A DNA stretch of 64,000 nucleotides from Vitrella brassicaformis CCMP3155 (lineage: Eukaryota > Protista > Chromerida), in NCBI GenBank assembly GCA_001179505.1, contig CDMY01000718.1, forward strand, positions 124,001-188,000. The letters run 5' to 3'. Below are positions 23,408-36,000 of this stretch, piece by piece. The notes under the pieces are model-generated. The model had not been told where the DNA came from. It did no database searches and was given only the letters and a program-made list of their open reading frames with translations. Position 1 is the stretch's first letter. Every line of letters starts with the position of its first letter. The translations under genes were made by a program, and so were the position numbers.

Positions 23408-24669
23408 TCACTCCTTCATATCGAGACTGCCAAATCGCGGATGGCCGCTGAGGTCCCGCCACCACTTCATCGTCACCACACGGCCAAAGTCGCCCGAGCC
23501 GTCCCTCTTGGCGACCATCCCTTACAGCACCTCTGGATGGGACGAGTCCGTCTCCAACCACACCTGCAGACAGTGAAGGAGAGGACGATAGTGACGACAG
23601 ACAGTTGCTGCGCTACAGAGGGCCTTGTCACCTGCCGTATGCCGCCCTGGCTGTGTGGCTTGAGGTAGGCGGCCGTTCTGCTCGCCAGCGATCGGACGAA
23701 GAGCATGCCATCGGTGCCGCCGTCAAGGGCGCCGCTGTCCTCGTAATCCCTGACGCATGACAGCAACGCACAGCTGTCCACAAAGTCTCTTTAATGGCCC
23801 TCTGCTGTGGGCCTCGCACACACAGACGCAGAGAAGGCAAGTGCACTGTCGACTCGTCAACAGTGCATCTCTTCTTACCTGACAATCAGGTCATAGCGCT
23901 CGTCGTCTGGCGGCTCGAATGTCAGCATGTCGGCCTGCAGGCACCTCTACCGCTCGGCCAAGGACAAAGTGGCCGCATTCTCCGAAGCCAACCGAACATC
24001 GTGTGGGCTCAAATCAATCGCTGTGCACCTGAGAGAACGAACTCATGACACACAGAGGCTTACATGGCCATCGTCTTTCTCTCTGTGGATTGTTCACCCA
24101 CCTCGCTGTGGGCGCTTGTTTGAGCAGCGCCAGGGTGCCGGCCCCCACATCCACCAAGTGAATCACCGACCGCCGCACTTCTTCCAAAATGAGCTAAACC
24201 AGCTCCTCCGTCTCGGGCCTGCACACACAGACAGGCCGGCACACATACATAGACGCCCCCATCTCTCTGCCTGTGTGTGTCTGTGTGTACCGTGGGATGA
24301 TGTGGTGGAAGTCCCACCGCCCCACCACATACTGCACCGGCATCCCCTCCAGCCGCCTGAGGGATAACGAATCGAACAGCCGCCGCTGCCACTCGGTGAG
24401 TGGTGTTCTCTGAGTCAGAAGCCTCTTGGGCACATGGAGTGTGTCGGATGACAGCAGGTGGGCCATCAGACACCTGGCCGACACTTCAGGCTCAGACATG
24501 CCGGCAGAGCCGACACTTTCTGTGACGCTGCCGCGATGAGTGCATCTGCTGAAACACCGTCTGCATCGTCAAGGGCGGACAGCAGCCGGCGCCGTGAGCG
24601 ATTTCGTGGCGTTGGAAGAGTGAAGCGCGATGGATGGTCCAAGATCTGAGCTCGCAGCGTCGGTTTCAA
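23408..24669 (-). pseudogene. hemK: HemK/PrmC-family (release factor glutamine) methyltransferase pseudogene
   Basis: Recognisable blocks: RRLEGMPVQYVVGRWDF, RPETEELV, YDLIVS, DYEDSGALDGGTDG...YLKP, DLSGHPRF. In-frame stops at 24194-24196 (TAG), 23947-23949 (TAG) and 23522-23524 (TAA). The SAM-binding loop is shortened to DVGAGTL and no NPPY motif was found. Confidence 0.8.
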
Positions 24670-24734
24670 CGACGACCCTAATCTCCATCCAGTTGCTCGC
24701 TGTTCCTGCCCGTGTCACTGTGCAGTGAGGGACG

Positions 24735-26953
24735 ATGTCTGACACTGCTGCTGCTGCTGCGGACGGCGGCCGGCAGGCGAGGTGAATGAATGAGAGGTGT
24801 CAGGGGCCTGATTGTTTGTCAGCTCATCGTTCACTCGTCTGTGTGAGAGATAATAGGCCAAGCGAGGCCGCTCCGCCGAGCCATCTGCAGCTGCTGCAAG
24901 CGATGAGGATCAGCGACGCGCCGAAAGGGAGAGGGAACTCAGGCAGACCATCACAGACACGGTAGAGCAAATGACTCAGACAGTCTGAATGAAGCACCTG
25001 ACTCACTGTCGGCTATCTGTGTGTCTTTGCCTTTGCGCAGGATGGTCTTGTCAACTGCATCACGGCCTTTCTGCCGCTCTATCTGCTCGGCCTGCTGTCC
25101 AACACGGCCTGGGAGCACACAGCGCCCACACACACACACCTCACCATCGACAGCACCAACAGCAACGAGCGGTCGGTGTGGCAGCGGGTCCCTCTCGCTC
25201 TCGTCACCCAATGGGCCAACAAACTCACTCGGCTGACGACAATTACTCTCCGCTACCCCGTGGGTAAGGCTCTGTGGTGCATCGACGTCTTCATCACCGT
25301 GATCGAGGGCCATGTTGCCGGCCGGCGGGCTGCCAACATGAATGGCGGCACCCTGCGGACCATCACATTGCAACGGACCGTGCGATTGGCTGAGAGGGAG
25401 ATGAGTACCGTCGGCCGACCACAGCAGCTACCCCCTGACCAGATCGCGCCTTTCGTCCCGCCTCCATCGCTCGATGCGCTCACGACCGTCACCGGCGTCC
25501 TCGCCGATCATCGCGGCCTGGCTGACAGAGGGTGGCGGATGCCGTCACTCGAGACAGTGGAGCAGCAGAGGTGGGGGGCCGATGAGCTGGGCAGCTTCAT
25601 CAGCTCGTCACAGTCACTGCACCACGTGGGCGGGAGGCTGTGGGCAGTCGGCGAGCACTGGGCGGCGGTGTTCGAGCGCATGCCTGAGGCAGCTGCTGGG
25701 CAGAGAGGTCCCCTTGCAGGTCTGCAGAGCATCGGCACCATCGAGCTGGCGGCCGGCGATGCTAGCATCGACCGGGCGCGTGCAGCGGTGGACAGACTGC
25801 AGGTAACTCACCAGCAATAGATGCACGCGACAGACAGGTCTGGACGGTGCAATCTTACCATATGTGTGTGTGCTGTTGCTGTGTGCTGTAGGCGGTGCTC
25901 ACATCGCGTGGCTGCCGCCAGTCACTCACTCAGCTGACGGTGGCGATCCAACGCAGCCATATCGACAGTCGTGTCCTTCCCCTCCTGCAGTCCCTCGAGT
26001 CGCTGCACAGCTCGTGCTGCCGAGCCGACGCCAACGTCGCCTTCGAGTTCCGATGTGTCGACGGTTTCGACCTGTCGCTGTTCTACAGCGACCACTTTCC
26101 CCTCAACCCCTCCCCCCTCGTCATGATGGCCATCCAGGCGGCCGCAAGGAACGCGGGACAGCTCAACTACGACATCAGCCAGCATGATCTCACTCACCCC
26201 GTCGACAGCCCCAGCCAGGCGGCCGTCGACATCGCCAAGACACTCACATTCGACAACGTGGAGGACGTGTGGGTCCGCAATGCCTTTGGCTTCGTCCCCC
26301 CTCCCAACACCCCCTCGCCCCGCCCCGCCATCATCCAACACCTGCAGCAGCTCCCAAGAGCCCGAGAATTGATCATCGACAGTGCTCTTGGCGGTGCTGC
26401 GGGTCAGCTGCTGGCAGAGAAGATGCCGAACAAGGTGGAGTCGCTGTGGTTCTTCTCAGCTGTGAGTGCAGAGGACGGGAGGGGCGTGTTAGAGGGGCTG
26501 GGGGTGGGGAGGGAGGTGGGCAAAGTCGACGTCGGTGACTGGGAGGTCAGTCTCACTGAGGGTCCATTGGACGGCTGGCGATCGGCTAGCTTCCCGTCGA
26601 TCCAAAACATAGACATATGGGTGCCAGGTATGCAATTTCTGCAACAAAGGATACTGGCTGGCTCATCTTGTGTGTGTGCATTGCTGCCGTGTGTGTGTGT
26701 TGTTCCTTCCTCAGTGCCCGACGGCTTGGACCCCCCTGCTGCTGCCGAGCGCATCCGCGACGGCATCTCAGCCATCGCCGGTGCCGTGCGAGGCCTGCAG
26801 CATTTGACCGCGCGTGTGTTTAATGGCGTCGACGCCGTTCGCGATGCCATTGAACAGCTGCTCCCCACCGGCACGGAGCTTAGCAACAACTTCACTATCA
26901 ACGCACGGGACCTTGATGACATCATTTACCTGACTGCAACGCGTCGCTTCTAG
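24735..26953 (+). CDS. Member of the expanded Vitrella-type F-box/LRR-like hypothetical family
   Basis: Spliced ...ERERELRQTITDT|DGLVNCITAFLPL...QWANKLTRLTTITLRYP...LADRGWRMPSLETV...LTSRGCRQSLTQL...FDLSLFYSDHFP...LTATRRF*. I recognise these motifs as typical of a large Vitrella family; function unknown. Confidence 0.75.
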
Positions 26954-27349
26954 AGGGTGAGACCGTCCATGGCTCCTGGCGCCTCTCTCTCTGTCTCTCC
27001 CGTCCCTCATTCATAGCATCCCCCCCTGCCACACCTGACCGACTGATTGATTTGTGGCCGGCAGCAGTGAAGGCATCCATCCATCCATTTGTGCACTCAG
27101 TGGTGAGTCCGTCGTCCGTCGAGTGAGGGCCGGCAGAAGGCAAGGACTAGAGGAGACGCCACGTGGCTGGGGTCCTGTATTTCTGGGTGTTTGCATGTCG
27201 GTCGACTCAAAGGTGAATGTGTATCATGATGTCTAGCTTTTAAACCGCTCAACGAACACATCACCAGTGCATTGGACAAAGAATTTATTCAAACACCGAC
27301 AATGTACTGAGTCCATCACTTAACAAACAAACACTCATTCCCGCCCTGG

Positions 27350-28211
27350 TCACTCCTCACTCGCACGACCCACCCCCGCCCCCCCTCTGTTGACATGTGC
27401 CCAGAAGTCCGCTGCCATATTGAGGGCGAAGAAGTCAGCACACGAGCCACTCGACCAGTAGGGCGACTCGCCAATGGTGTCCGGCCTACTCTGCGCCCTC
27501 GACAGTGTCGCCTTTCTCTGTCGGCCATGACACAATCAGATGTGCGACATGAGGTCACAGACAACCAGCGCGTCAACGGCCTGCACCCGCTGCCAGATGA
27601 TTCCCTGCCGTGATGTGCCCGAGGGCTGTGCTGTACTGTGCTGTGCTGTGTTGAGCGGAGGTGCTGCAGATGAGACTGCCTTATGGCTGTAGGTTTTGTT
27701 TTCGGGCCAACATGTGGTGCTGAGTGTGGCCCGAATCATGCGTGTGATTGTGCTGAGTCGAGGCGCGTTTTCGACAGGATTGCACGCAGTATGTGATGTC
27801 GAGATTGCACGTCAGGTCAGTAATGGCGGACAAAATCTCCCTTCCCTCATTCTGGAGGGACAAGATAGTTTCGTGGACAGTTTCTTTCTCGAGGTCGGAT
27901 AGAGAAATAGATCGTAGTTGATTCAAAATGGTAATGGATGGTAAGGGAGTTTCTGTGCGCGCACGGCGTCTTCAGCTGTTTTCCGATGTTACGTAGAAAA
28001 ATGTCTCTTCATGTCTCTTCATGTGGACCGCATGTATAAGTCTGTTTCTTGGACGGATGTGTCCATGGATATCACAGAATCGTCTCTCCAGCTCCATGAA
28101 TGGCCAGAAGATCCCAGCAGCATGACACTCTTGTGTACGTGCGTACGTACGTACGCAGAACGGCAGGGAGAGGGAGAGAAAAAAGGATTGTATCGGCAGC
28201 ACCACCACCAT
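27350..28211 (-). CDS. Possible multi-exon hypothetical protein (weak)
   Basis: Several short protein-like segments on the minus strand (FMELERRFCDIHGHIRPRNRLIH; LSDLEKETVHETILSLQNEG; ESPYWSSGSCADFFALNMAADFW). I could not build a full spliced model. Confidence 0.3.
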
Positions 28212-29089
28212 AAAAACACAGACAGATGTCAGGCAATCCAGCGAGGCGTCCCGCGTGAGGAGCGATAGGCGACACGCATGGAGTCATGGACGCCTACCTA
28301 CAAGTGATCTGAAGACAAACTATCAGGCACTCAGGGCCGCAGAGACGTCAAAGAAAAGGCCAGAAGCCAAAGGCCAGCCACACACAAAGACAGACAGAGA
28401 GTGGTGCGATCATCGATGACCTAGACACGCTGATGGCGCTCTCACGTTGATGGCCCCAGAGCACAATGCATCGCCAGCCACCACCGTGCAGACAACGCAA
28501 TGCAATCAGCCAGCAGCCACTCATTGCGAGTGTGTGTGTGTGTGTGTGTGTGAGGGGGGGGGCCGCCGCCCCTCTCATCCACCGCGCCACACCTAGAGGG
28601 CACATACGCATTCACCTATTGTAACCGACTTGCGAGTGGAGGAGAGTGGAAGGAAGGGCAACACAGACAAACAGACAGACAGAGTTGCATGGCAGAGGGC
28701 CCCAGTCAGACGTCACCCACTACAGCACACCCACCTCTCCAATGACACATAGAGGGATACGTACGCGCACACATACGACAAACAAAGACAGAACGAACAC
28801 TCACACCGCCCCCCTGCAGACGCCACCCAACTCCTGTCTCTCTCTCTCTCTCGAGCGGCGCGCACTCCCCCTTCCAAGACAGACAGACAGACAGACAGGC
28901 GAGAGATGAGGTGTGTGCAGAAGAGCCCGAGCCCGATAAAACTCCTCGCCCATTCCCCCTCTCCACACACGCACACACAGAGAGGTTGGGATTTGTGTGT
29001 TGGGATATCAGCAAGACGATCCACGAAGGCAGGCAGGCAGGCAGCGCATTGCTATCGATCCTTGCCGTGTATGGCCACATGGATGCGCT

Positions 29090-32000
29090 GCGGATGAGAA
29101 TAAAGGCAGCGCCACATATGACACGTATCACCATGCACAGCACACACACAGGCAGCTGTGGACACGCACACGCGACAATGCAGCGAGTGGATCGTATGTA
29201 TCATGTATGTCTCGGAAAGAGGAGCCAGCAAGCAGCAGAAAGGAAACGCCCTCATCCCCCGGTGGGCCCATTCCCGGTGGGGTATGCAACCGCCCCACAT
29301 CGCACGCAGCAAATCTCTCGCTCGACCAAACAACCAGCAGCGCCATGGACCCAGAGGATGTCCCGCCATAAACGACGATCCGCCTGGCGAGGAGGCGATG
29401 CCCGTGAGCGCATCACCGCCTCGCTGCCTTTCGAAAAAGACCAAATATGTGTGTAATGTGTGTACGCAGATGCGCAGAATTAGCCAGACATCACAAATGC
29501 CGTATGCACACCTCATGTCGAGTGTGTCGACAGGGGGCTACGACTCAGAAATTATCCCCCTAACCATGACAACGGTACGCTACGTGTTCCTTCTCTCCCC
29601 CACTCCCCGCCACTCACCGCCGCCCACCGCCCCACGCACACAAAAATCAGCCGTACGTACTTTCGTGTCCCTTACGCACACATCTACATGCGCCTCGTCG
29701 TCCCTTAGGCAATACTGCACAATCACAAGACAAACCACACAACACAACACAACACAACCTGCCTGCCCGACAGCGACACGACACCACACGAGCCGACCGA
29801 CCGATGACGCATATTTGTTTAGGCACACACGTCCACACGTGTGAATCCTTGTGTGGTAAATCCTCCCTCCCCCAACCCCTCCATCCCTCTCTCCGTCGCC
29901 ACCACGCGCACACAACGGCACCATTCCCTCTCTCGTGTGCCGCCACACACCCACACACACACCCACGTAGCCCACACACATTCGCCCACAGTCACTGTTC
30001 TGCATACGGATCAGACTCGCTCAGAGAGGCAGCTTGAAAGTGTCTGGCCATGCATGCACTCCATCGAGCGGACACCAACATGCACCAGTCACGGGGACAA
30101 CTGTGTCCGGCAGCAGTCACCGAATCATGCAGTGTGTTTGTAGGTGTACGTACGTATGTATCCATGTATGTGAAGCACATGCCCTGCCCCCTTTGAAAGA
30201 CACCCACACACATGGACAGGCAAATACTGACACACGCAGAGCCCCATTGAGACGTCATACGTGTCAAGACCGACGAAATAAGCGTTGATGGGACAGTTGG
30301 CTTGTCTATCTCTCCTTCTCTCCCCGTGCAGCTACTGTCCGATACAAAAATGCATGTGCAACGCACGGATGTGTGTGTGTGTGTGTGTGGGGGGGGGGGG
30401 GGNNNNNNNNNNNNNNNNNNNNNNNNNNNNNNNNNNNNNNNNNNNNNNNNNNNNNNNNNNNNNNNNNNNNNNNNNNNNNNNNNNNNNNNNNNNNNNNNNN
30501 NNNNNNNNNNNNNNNNNNNNNNNNNNNNNNNNNNNNNNNNNNNNNNNNNNNNNNNNNNNNNNNNNNNNNNNNNNNNNNNNNNNNNNNNNNNNNNNNNNNN
30601 NNNNNNNNNNNNNNNNNNNNNNNNNNNNNNNNNNNNNNNNNNNNNNNNNNNNNNNNNNNNNNNNNNNNNNNNNNNNNNNNNNNNNNNNNNNNNNNNNNNN
30701 NNGGGGGGGGGGGGGGGGGCACCGACAAGACACACACAGGACACACGCACAACCCCCGCATGTACGTAACAAGATTCCACTGCAGGGCCACACTGCAACT
30801 GGATGAATAAAGACCAGATAATGGAAGCTCACCGCAGCCCCTGTCCCTCACGCAGCACGTCACGAATGTACGTTCGTACTGCGTTGTTCGGACAGACAGA
30901 CAGACAGACAGGCAGACCGACAGAGGAAACTAAGGCATTGCAGGCGGGTCTGTTACACAAGAAGGTAGTGATACGCACGAGCACTACACAGAAGAAGAGA
31001 GCGCCCCATCAAGACGTCATATGTGTAAAGACCGACGACATATGCACCTCTGCTGATTGTGATTGGACAGTTGGTTGGCTCGTCTATCTCTCTCTCTCCC
31101 CTCCATCCAGCCACCATCAGAGATGAACGAATGAATGAACGCATGTGAGCACCGACGAGACACACATATGCCCACCCAAGACACCCCCCCGGCATGGCCG
31201 CACTGCCGCTGGATGAAGAAAAACCAGATCATGGAAGCACCGCAGCAACCGTTCATCACGCAGCACCCCACAAATGTACCTTCTTACTGAGCTGATCAGA
31301 CAGATAGACAGAGGACAGACAGACAGACAGACGAAAGAAAGACAGATATACAGACAGGCCGACAGGCAGACAATGAGGTTGGATTACACACCTGCCAGCA
31401 TACATACCATCCCTGTAAGTCAACAAATATGTGCGCCCTCTGACGGACAACATGTACTAGACAGAACACACACGCGACCAACAGCCGACCTCTGAAAGGC
31501 ACCCGACGGCAATGGCTGCTCACACGGTGTATGTATGATGTGTGAGGCTCCTGCGTGGCGTCTCACTCACACGAGCCGTCACGCAGCCAGGCCCACCCCC
31601 ACTTCCGCTCTCCACACACCACACCACACACACTCACACTCCACATCAACGCATAGGAATACCACAGAGAGCTAGTCGACACGGATTTTGTAGCACCTAA
31701 TCTACTTACTCACGTCACAGCAGCCTGGCCTGATACCACACGAGCGACCAAGGGCTCACACTCTTCGCGAATGAGAGTCCTTGGGCGGCCGTGTGTCGTG
31801 GGAAAAAACACACCACCAACACGCTCCGTGAAGAAAAACCAGCCAGTCATGACTACACGTATTACACATCCATACACGCATATGCTCAACGCATGCAGGT
31901 GAGACAAAGAGAACTCACTTCCCGCTGCTCGCCATGGTGCGCTCTCAATTGCTCGTGAGTATCTGCATACGCACACGCCCACACACACAGGCAAGGCGGC

Positions 32001-32240
32001 CTCCGAACAGGAGAGGTGCATTTAGATGTGTTACAGGAGAGGTCGCCCATTCCCCTCACAGAGAGCAATGGACACGCACATGCAGCAACGCAGCGTATGG
32101 ATCATGTCTCTCCATCATGTGCTAGGGAAGCAGACAGCATTACCAAGCTCAGCTTCCCTCAGACAAAAATCGGCCGTCCGTTTATCCATCCATCCTCTAC
32201 GTGAGTGTCGTCCCTTACGCAATGGTACAAAACACAGACA
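29090..32240. repeat. Degenerate non-coding internal repeat region
   Basis: Recurring blocks: GACACGCACA..GCAGCG..TGGATC (about 29160, 32070); CAAAAATC.GCCGT...GTCCCTTA.GCAAT (about 29641, 32163); ACAGTTGG..GTCTATCTCTC (about 30293, 31068); GGATGAA.AAA.ACCAGAT.ATGGAAGC (about 30801, 31211). Confidence 0.55.
30403..30701. other. Assembly gap (299 N) flanked by poly-G runs
   Basis: Directly visible. Confidence 1.
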
Positions 32241-33011
32241 ACCTTCCTACCCGACACGTACACACATGAATGAGTGTGCGTGCTAGAGCCACCCTCCCGC
32301 CCTCCCTCCCTCCATCGCCACACTCACACGTAGGCTACGCACACGCACACGGACGACATGACCACCTGTGTGTACGATGCAGCAGAAGCCAAGCAGTGAG
32401 GTAGTTGGAAGTCAGTGTGCGCCTCCGCTGCAGAGTTCACACACATACAGGTGAGTCTCTTTCGCACAGCCAGTCAAGATCACGAATATCAGTACGACCC
32501 AGTAGCTATATCCCACCGCAAACCCAATGTGTGGCGGAGGGCGGCGGAATGCACGCGAACGAGCAACAATCCAGCGAGTATGTACGTCGTGGACTGGGGA
32601 GGGGATCGTCGGGGAGCGTTGCGGCAAAACAGGCAGGCCCCGCCAGTCCTGCTGGTGGATGGCTGAGACATCTCCATCCATTTGAGCAATCGTAGCCATA
32701 GACACCTCTGTCGCCCTCCTGTGCCCCCTCCCCCCCCCTATCCCAAGTAAGCAATCAATCATCACGTCACGCAGCGATCCACGCCATGCAATCGCCTCAC
32801 TCACTCGCTCACTCACTCAACCACTCGTTCATTCCACCAGCCAGTCCATCCACTGACGCGCCTGTCTGCCCCCCACCAGACACAAACCTCCCAGCCACGC
32901 CCACGCACGATGCCCTCTGTCCGGCTACCCACCCACCCGTCCTGCGCCTCATCCCATCCCATCCCGCCCCACCAGCAGCATCACGCACCCACCTCCCCAC
33001 AGTCACTGGAC

Positions 33012-36000
33012 CTAGTCGCTGTCTTCGTCCAGCCGCCAGTTCTTCTTGAAGACCTTGTCGGCGTCGAGATGAGGTTCATGGTCATCCTCGTACAGGTCTG
33101 CAACCAATGACAGGACAGCAGAGCGGCTCCATTTGTCGGTGCTCACGCTCCATTTGTCGGTGCTCACACGGGTTCCTTACTTGGGGGGTTACGTGGTGGA
33201 TGCAAGCCCAGGCCACCGAGGGGGAACCAATCCGCCGCATAGCCGCCCTCGCCCATAGCCTGGACGACACAATGAAAGCGCCCGATACACGGCCGCTGTG
33301 TAAACGTGGTTCATCAATTGCTACCTCACTGACCGGTAAGTGCTGGGTGTCGTCCGCCGGCCAAGAGGACAGTGGCGGCCGTGGCGGCAGTGGCGATGGA
33401 GCAGAGACGTGCGACGGCTGAATGAGAAACACGCGCACCATTTTTGTCGATGGCAAATGTGCCTTTGCTGGGAGGCTTGCCTGTGAGGCGCTATGTCCTT
33501 GTGCGTTGCCGCTCAGTGGCTGCTGATAGCGACGAGCTCTGAAGGGAGACCAGACAAGAACACAGGCACAGTGGTGTGGTGTGGATGTGGTGTGGCTGCT
33601 TCGCCTCACCGGTGCTGCCGATGGTGGGGAGGCAGCAGAGGGCTGTCGAACTCGCCGCCCGACGGCTCTCCCTGGACAACGAAGGACAGGGGAAATGGCA
33701 ATGAATGCATCCTTCCTGTCCCATTCATCCTTCGCGTGTGCTGTCACCGTGCTCTCAGCAGCAGAGGGGTGGTGCAGTGGTGGGGCGAGGGACATGCCTG
33801 CAAACAAGACCAATCATGAGACCACTCAGGCGGCCTGGATGGCGACAATGGCAGCCTCCATCTCTGTGTGCACCCATACCTCCATCTCTGTGTGCCTTCA
33901 TACCCGCAACCGCAGCTGCAGCTGCCCCAGGACCCTGCAAACACGACACAAGGGAATGCGACAAATGCCGGTGTGATGGTGGACGGCTGTACGCCCGCCA
34001 ATTCCCTCACTGACAGGTGGGAGGTGGGGGCTCTGTGCGGGCATCATGGGCTGACCGCCATCTGCAGACAGCACCCAGTACAGAAAGCATCCAGATGCCG
34101 TATTTGCGCGTCTTGTGTGGGGTGAGGTGACCTGACCTTGGCTGGCAGGGGCACGCAACGTCGACAGCATTTGGTATCTGATGATGGCGTCTTCAAACGC
34201 CGCCTCCACCCCTGAGTCGCCGCGGGACAGATCCACGTCCACACGCACAGCAAGATCATTGACCAGCCGCATGTCCACCCCGTTGTAGTTGATTCCGAAA
34301 AGACCCGGCCGCACAACAAACCACAGCTCCTCTCGGTCAGCAGCCGTATCCACGGATACGCCTGGGTGGCCCTCCCGCAGACTGTTCGCATAGCCGACAA
34401 GATCGGCGAACGACGAAGGCGGGCGCTGAAAGACAAATGCGTTTGTCCGCATCCCTGTGTGAGCACGTGTGCGTGTGCGTCACTCATACCTCCTGTGCCC
34501 TCGGCGTCTTGCGAGGTAGTGCCTGGCTCGCGCGTCTCTGTCGCACCTGGCTGTCATGGGATGGGGGGCATGCTGGCCCACTGTGGGTCCATCCTGATCA
34601 AAGCACAGACCAGTGCACATGGTGTCGTCAGGGGCATGACAGGTGTCTCGGCATCGCACCAGGCATGTCAGCTGCACGTTGCCGCTCCTGCTGGTGGTAG
34701 TAGTAGTGGTGGCTCTGCTGCTGCTGTGGCGAAGCTGGAGCATGGGGAGTGGGACGAACAGGGTGCCACATCCACAACACAAGCAGGGAATCGGAGGTTC
34801 ACGGCTTTCTCTGCGTGAAGCTCACTCACCATGAGGATAATGGGCGGTTCTCTGTGGTTGGACGGTCGACATCTGGGGGGTCATCATGGCAGCACCTGCA
34901 TCAAGAAGATTGCAATGAATGAATGTGCTGGCGCGTGTGCAGTCGAATTCAGCGGCCGACCTGCTTGTGGGGTGGAGAGTCTGGGCGTCTGTGCGCTGGG
35001 TGTAGGATAATCCTGGCCGTACTCACTGTGTGCAGCAGCCGCAGCTCCAACAACAGGTGGGCTCTGCGGAGACACGGCCATGGACTTTGTTTCCCTCCCT
35101 GTGTTTGCTCCCCCCTACCTGCTGGTACGCCACCATGAATTCGTCAATCCACTCGTCGCTCGCGTCGAAGTCGTTCAGCCCCGGCACCTGACTAGCGATC
35201 TGCAACGCCGTGGCCCTGATGGCCTCCCTGTTCACCGCCATTGGAGGCGTGTAGTCCCTCAGCTGCCTCTCGAGTTCCGCAATCCAGCTGTCCTGTTGTG
35301 TGGGCCCTGCTGGCTCATCGCCGTACCCCGGCCGATGAATCCATCCGCTATCTCCTCGTCATGCGGTTGCTGTGGAGCAGGAGCAGTCTCCTGGCAAGTG
35401 CCGGGGGATGAAGATGCGTTGGGTTGTAGGGCTGGGGGGAGGGTGAGGGATATCGGCAGAGGGTGGGGATGAGGTGGATGCGTCGGGAGAGGGGAATGGG
35501 GAGCAGCACCAGCAGCGGCAGGAGGGGAACCTACAGAGCAATCAGACCGCACACCCAGATTACCATGCGCACACAAATATTACGAAGTAGGTGGGGGACG
35601 CCTTACCCATGACGGCACGGACTTGCGGATGCGGCACAGCCGGCTGGTGGGCGGTCATAGAAGGTGGCGGAGCAACACCGTATCGACGCGCCTTGGAGCG
35701 CTTCCGCTGAGAGGCGCGGAAGAGCAACAAAACATCCGTCAGCACGCAGGCACACACATGACGTATCTATGGGCGCACCGACATGCTCACCTTGACACGG
35801 TTGCTGGCTTGGTTCTGCCCATCCTCACCACTCCTGGCCGACTTGGCAGCGCGCCCCTGCAGAAATGAAACTGCACAGAGTGTCTGCTGCACGTATGCGC
35901 TATGCCCTGTGGTGCATCTCGGTGTCGTGCCTGGGTGTCGCTAATAGTGACGGTGCTGTCGGCTGTCCTTTTGTGGGGCCTCGCTGCAGGGGCAGGCAAC

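Noticed and set aside
23408-24669. Stop-codon reassignment to explain in-frame TAG/TAA in HemK
   Set aside because: Neighbouring intact genes end normally at TAG, TAA or TGA, and HemK also has motif deletions, so pseudogenisation is simpler.
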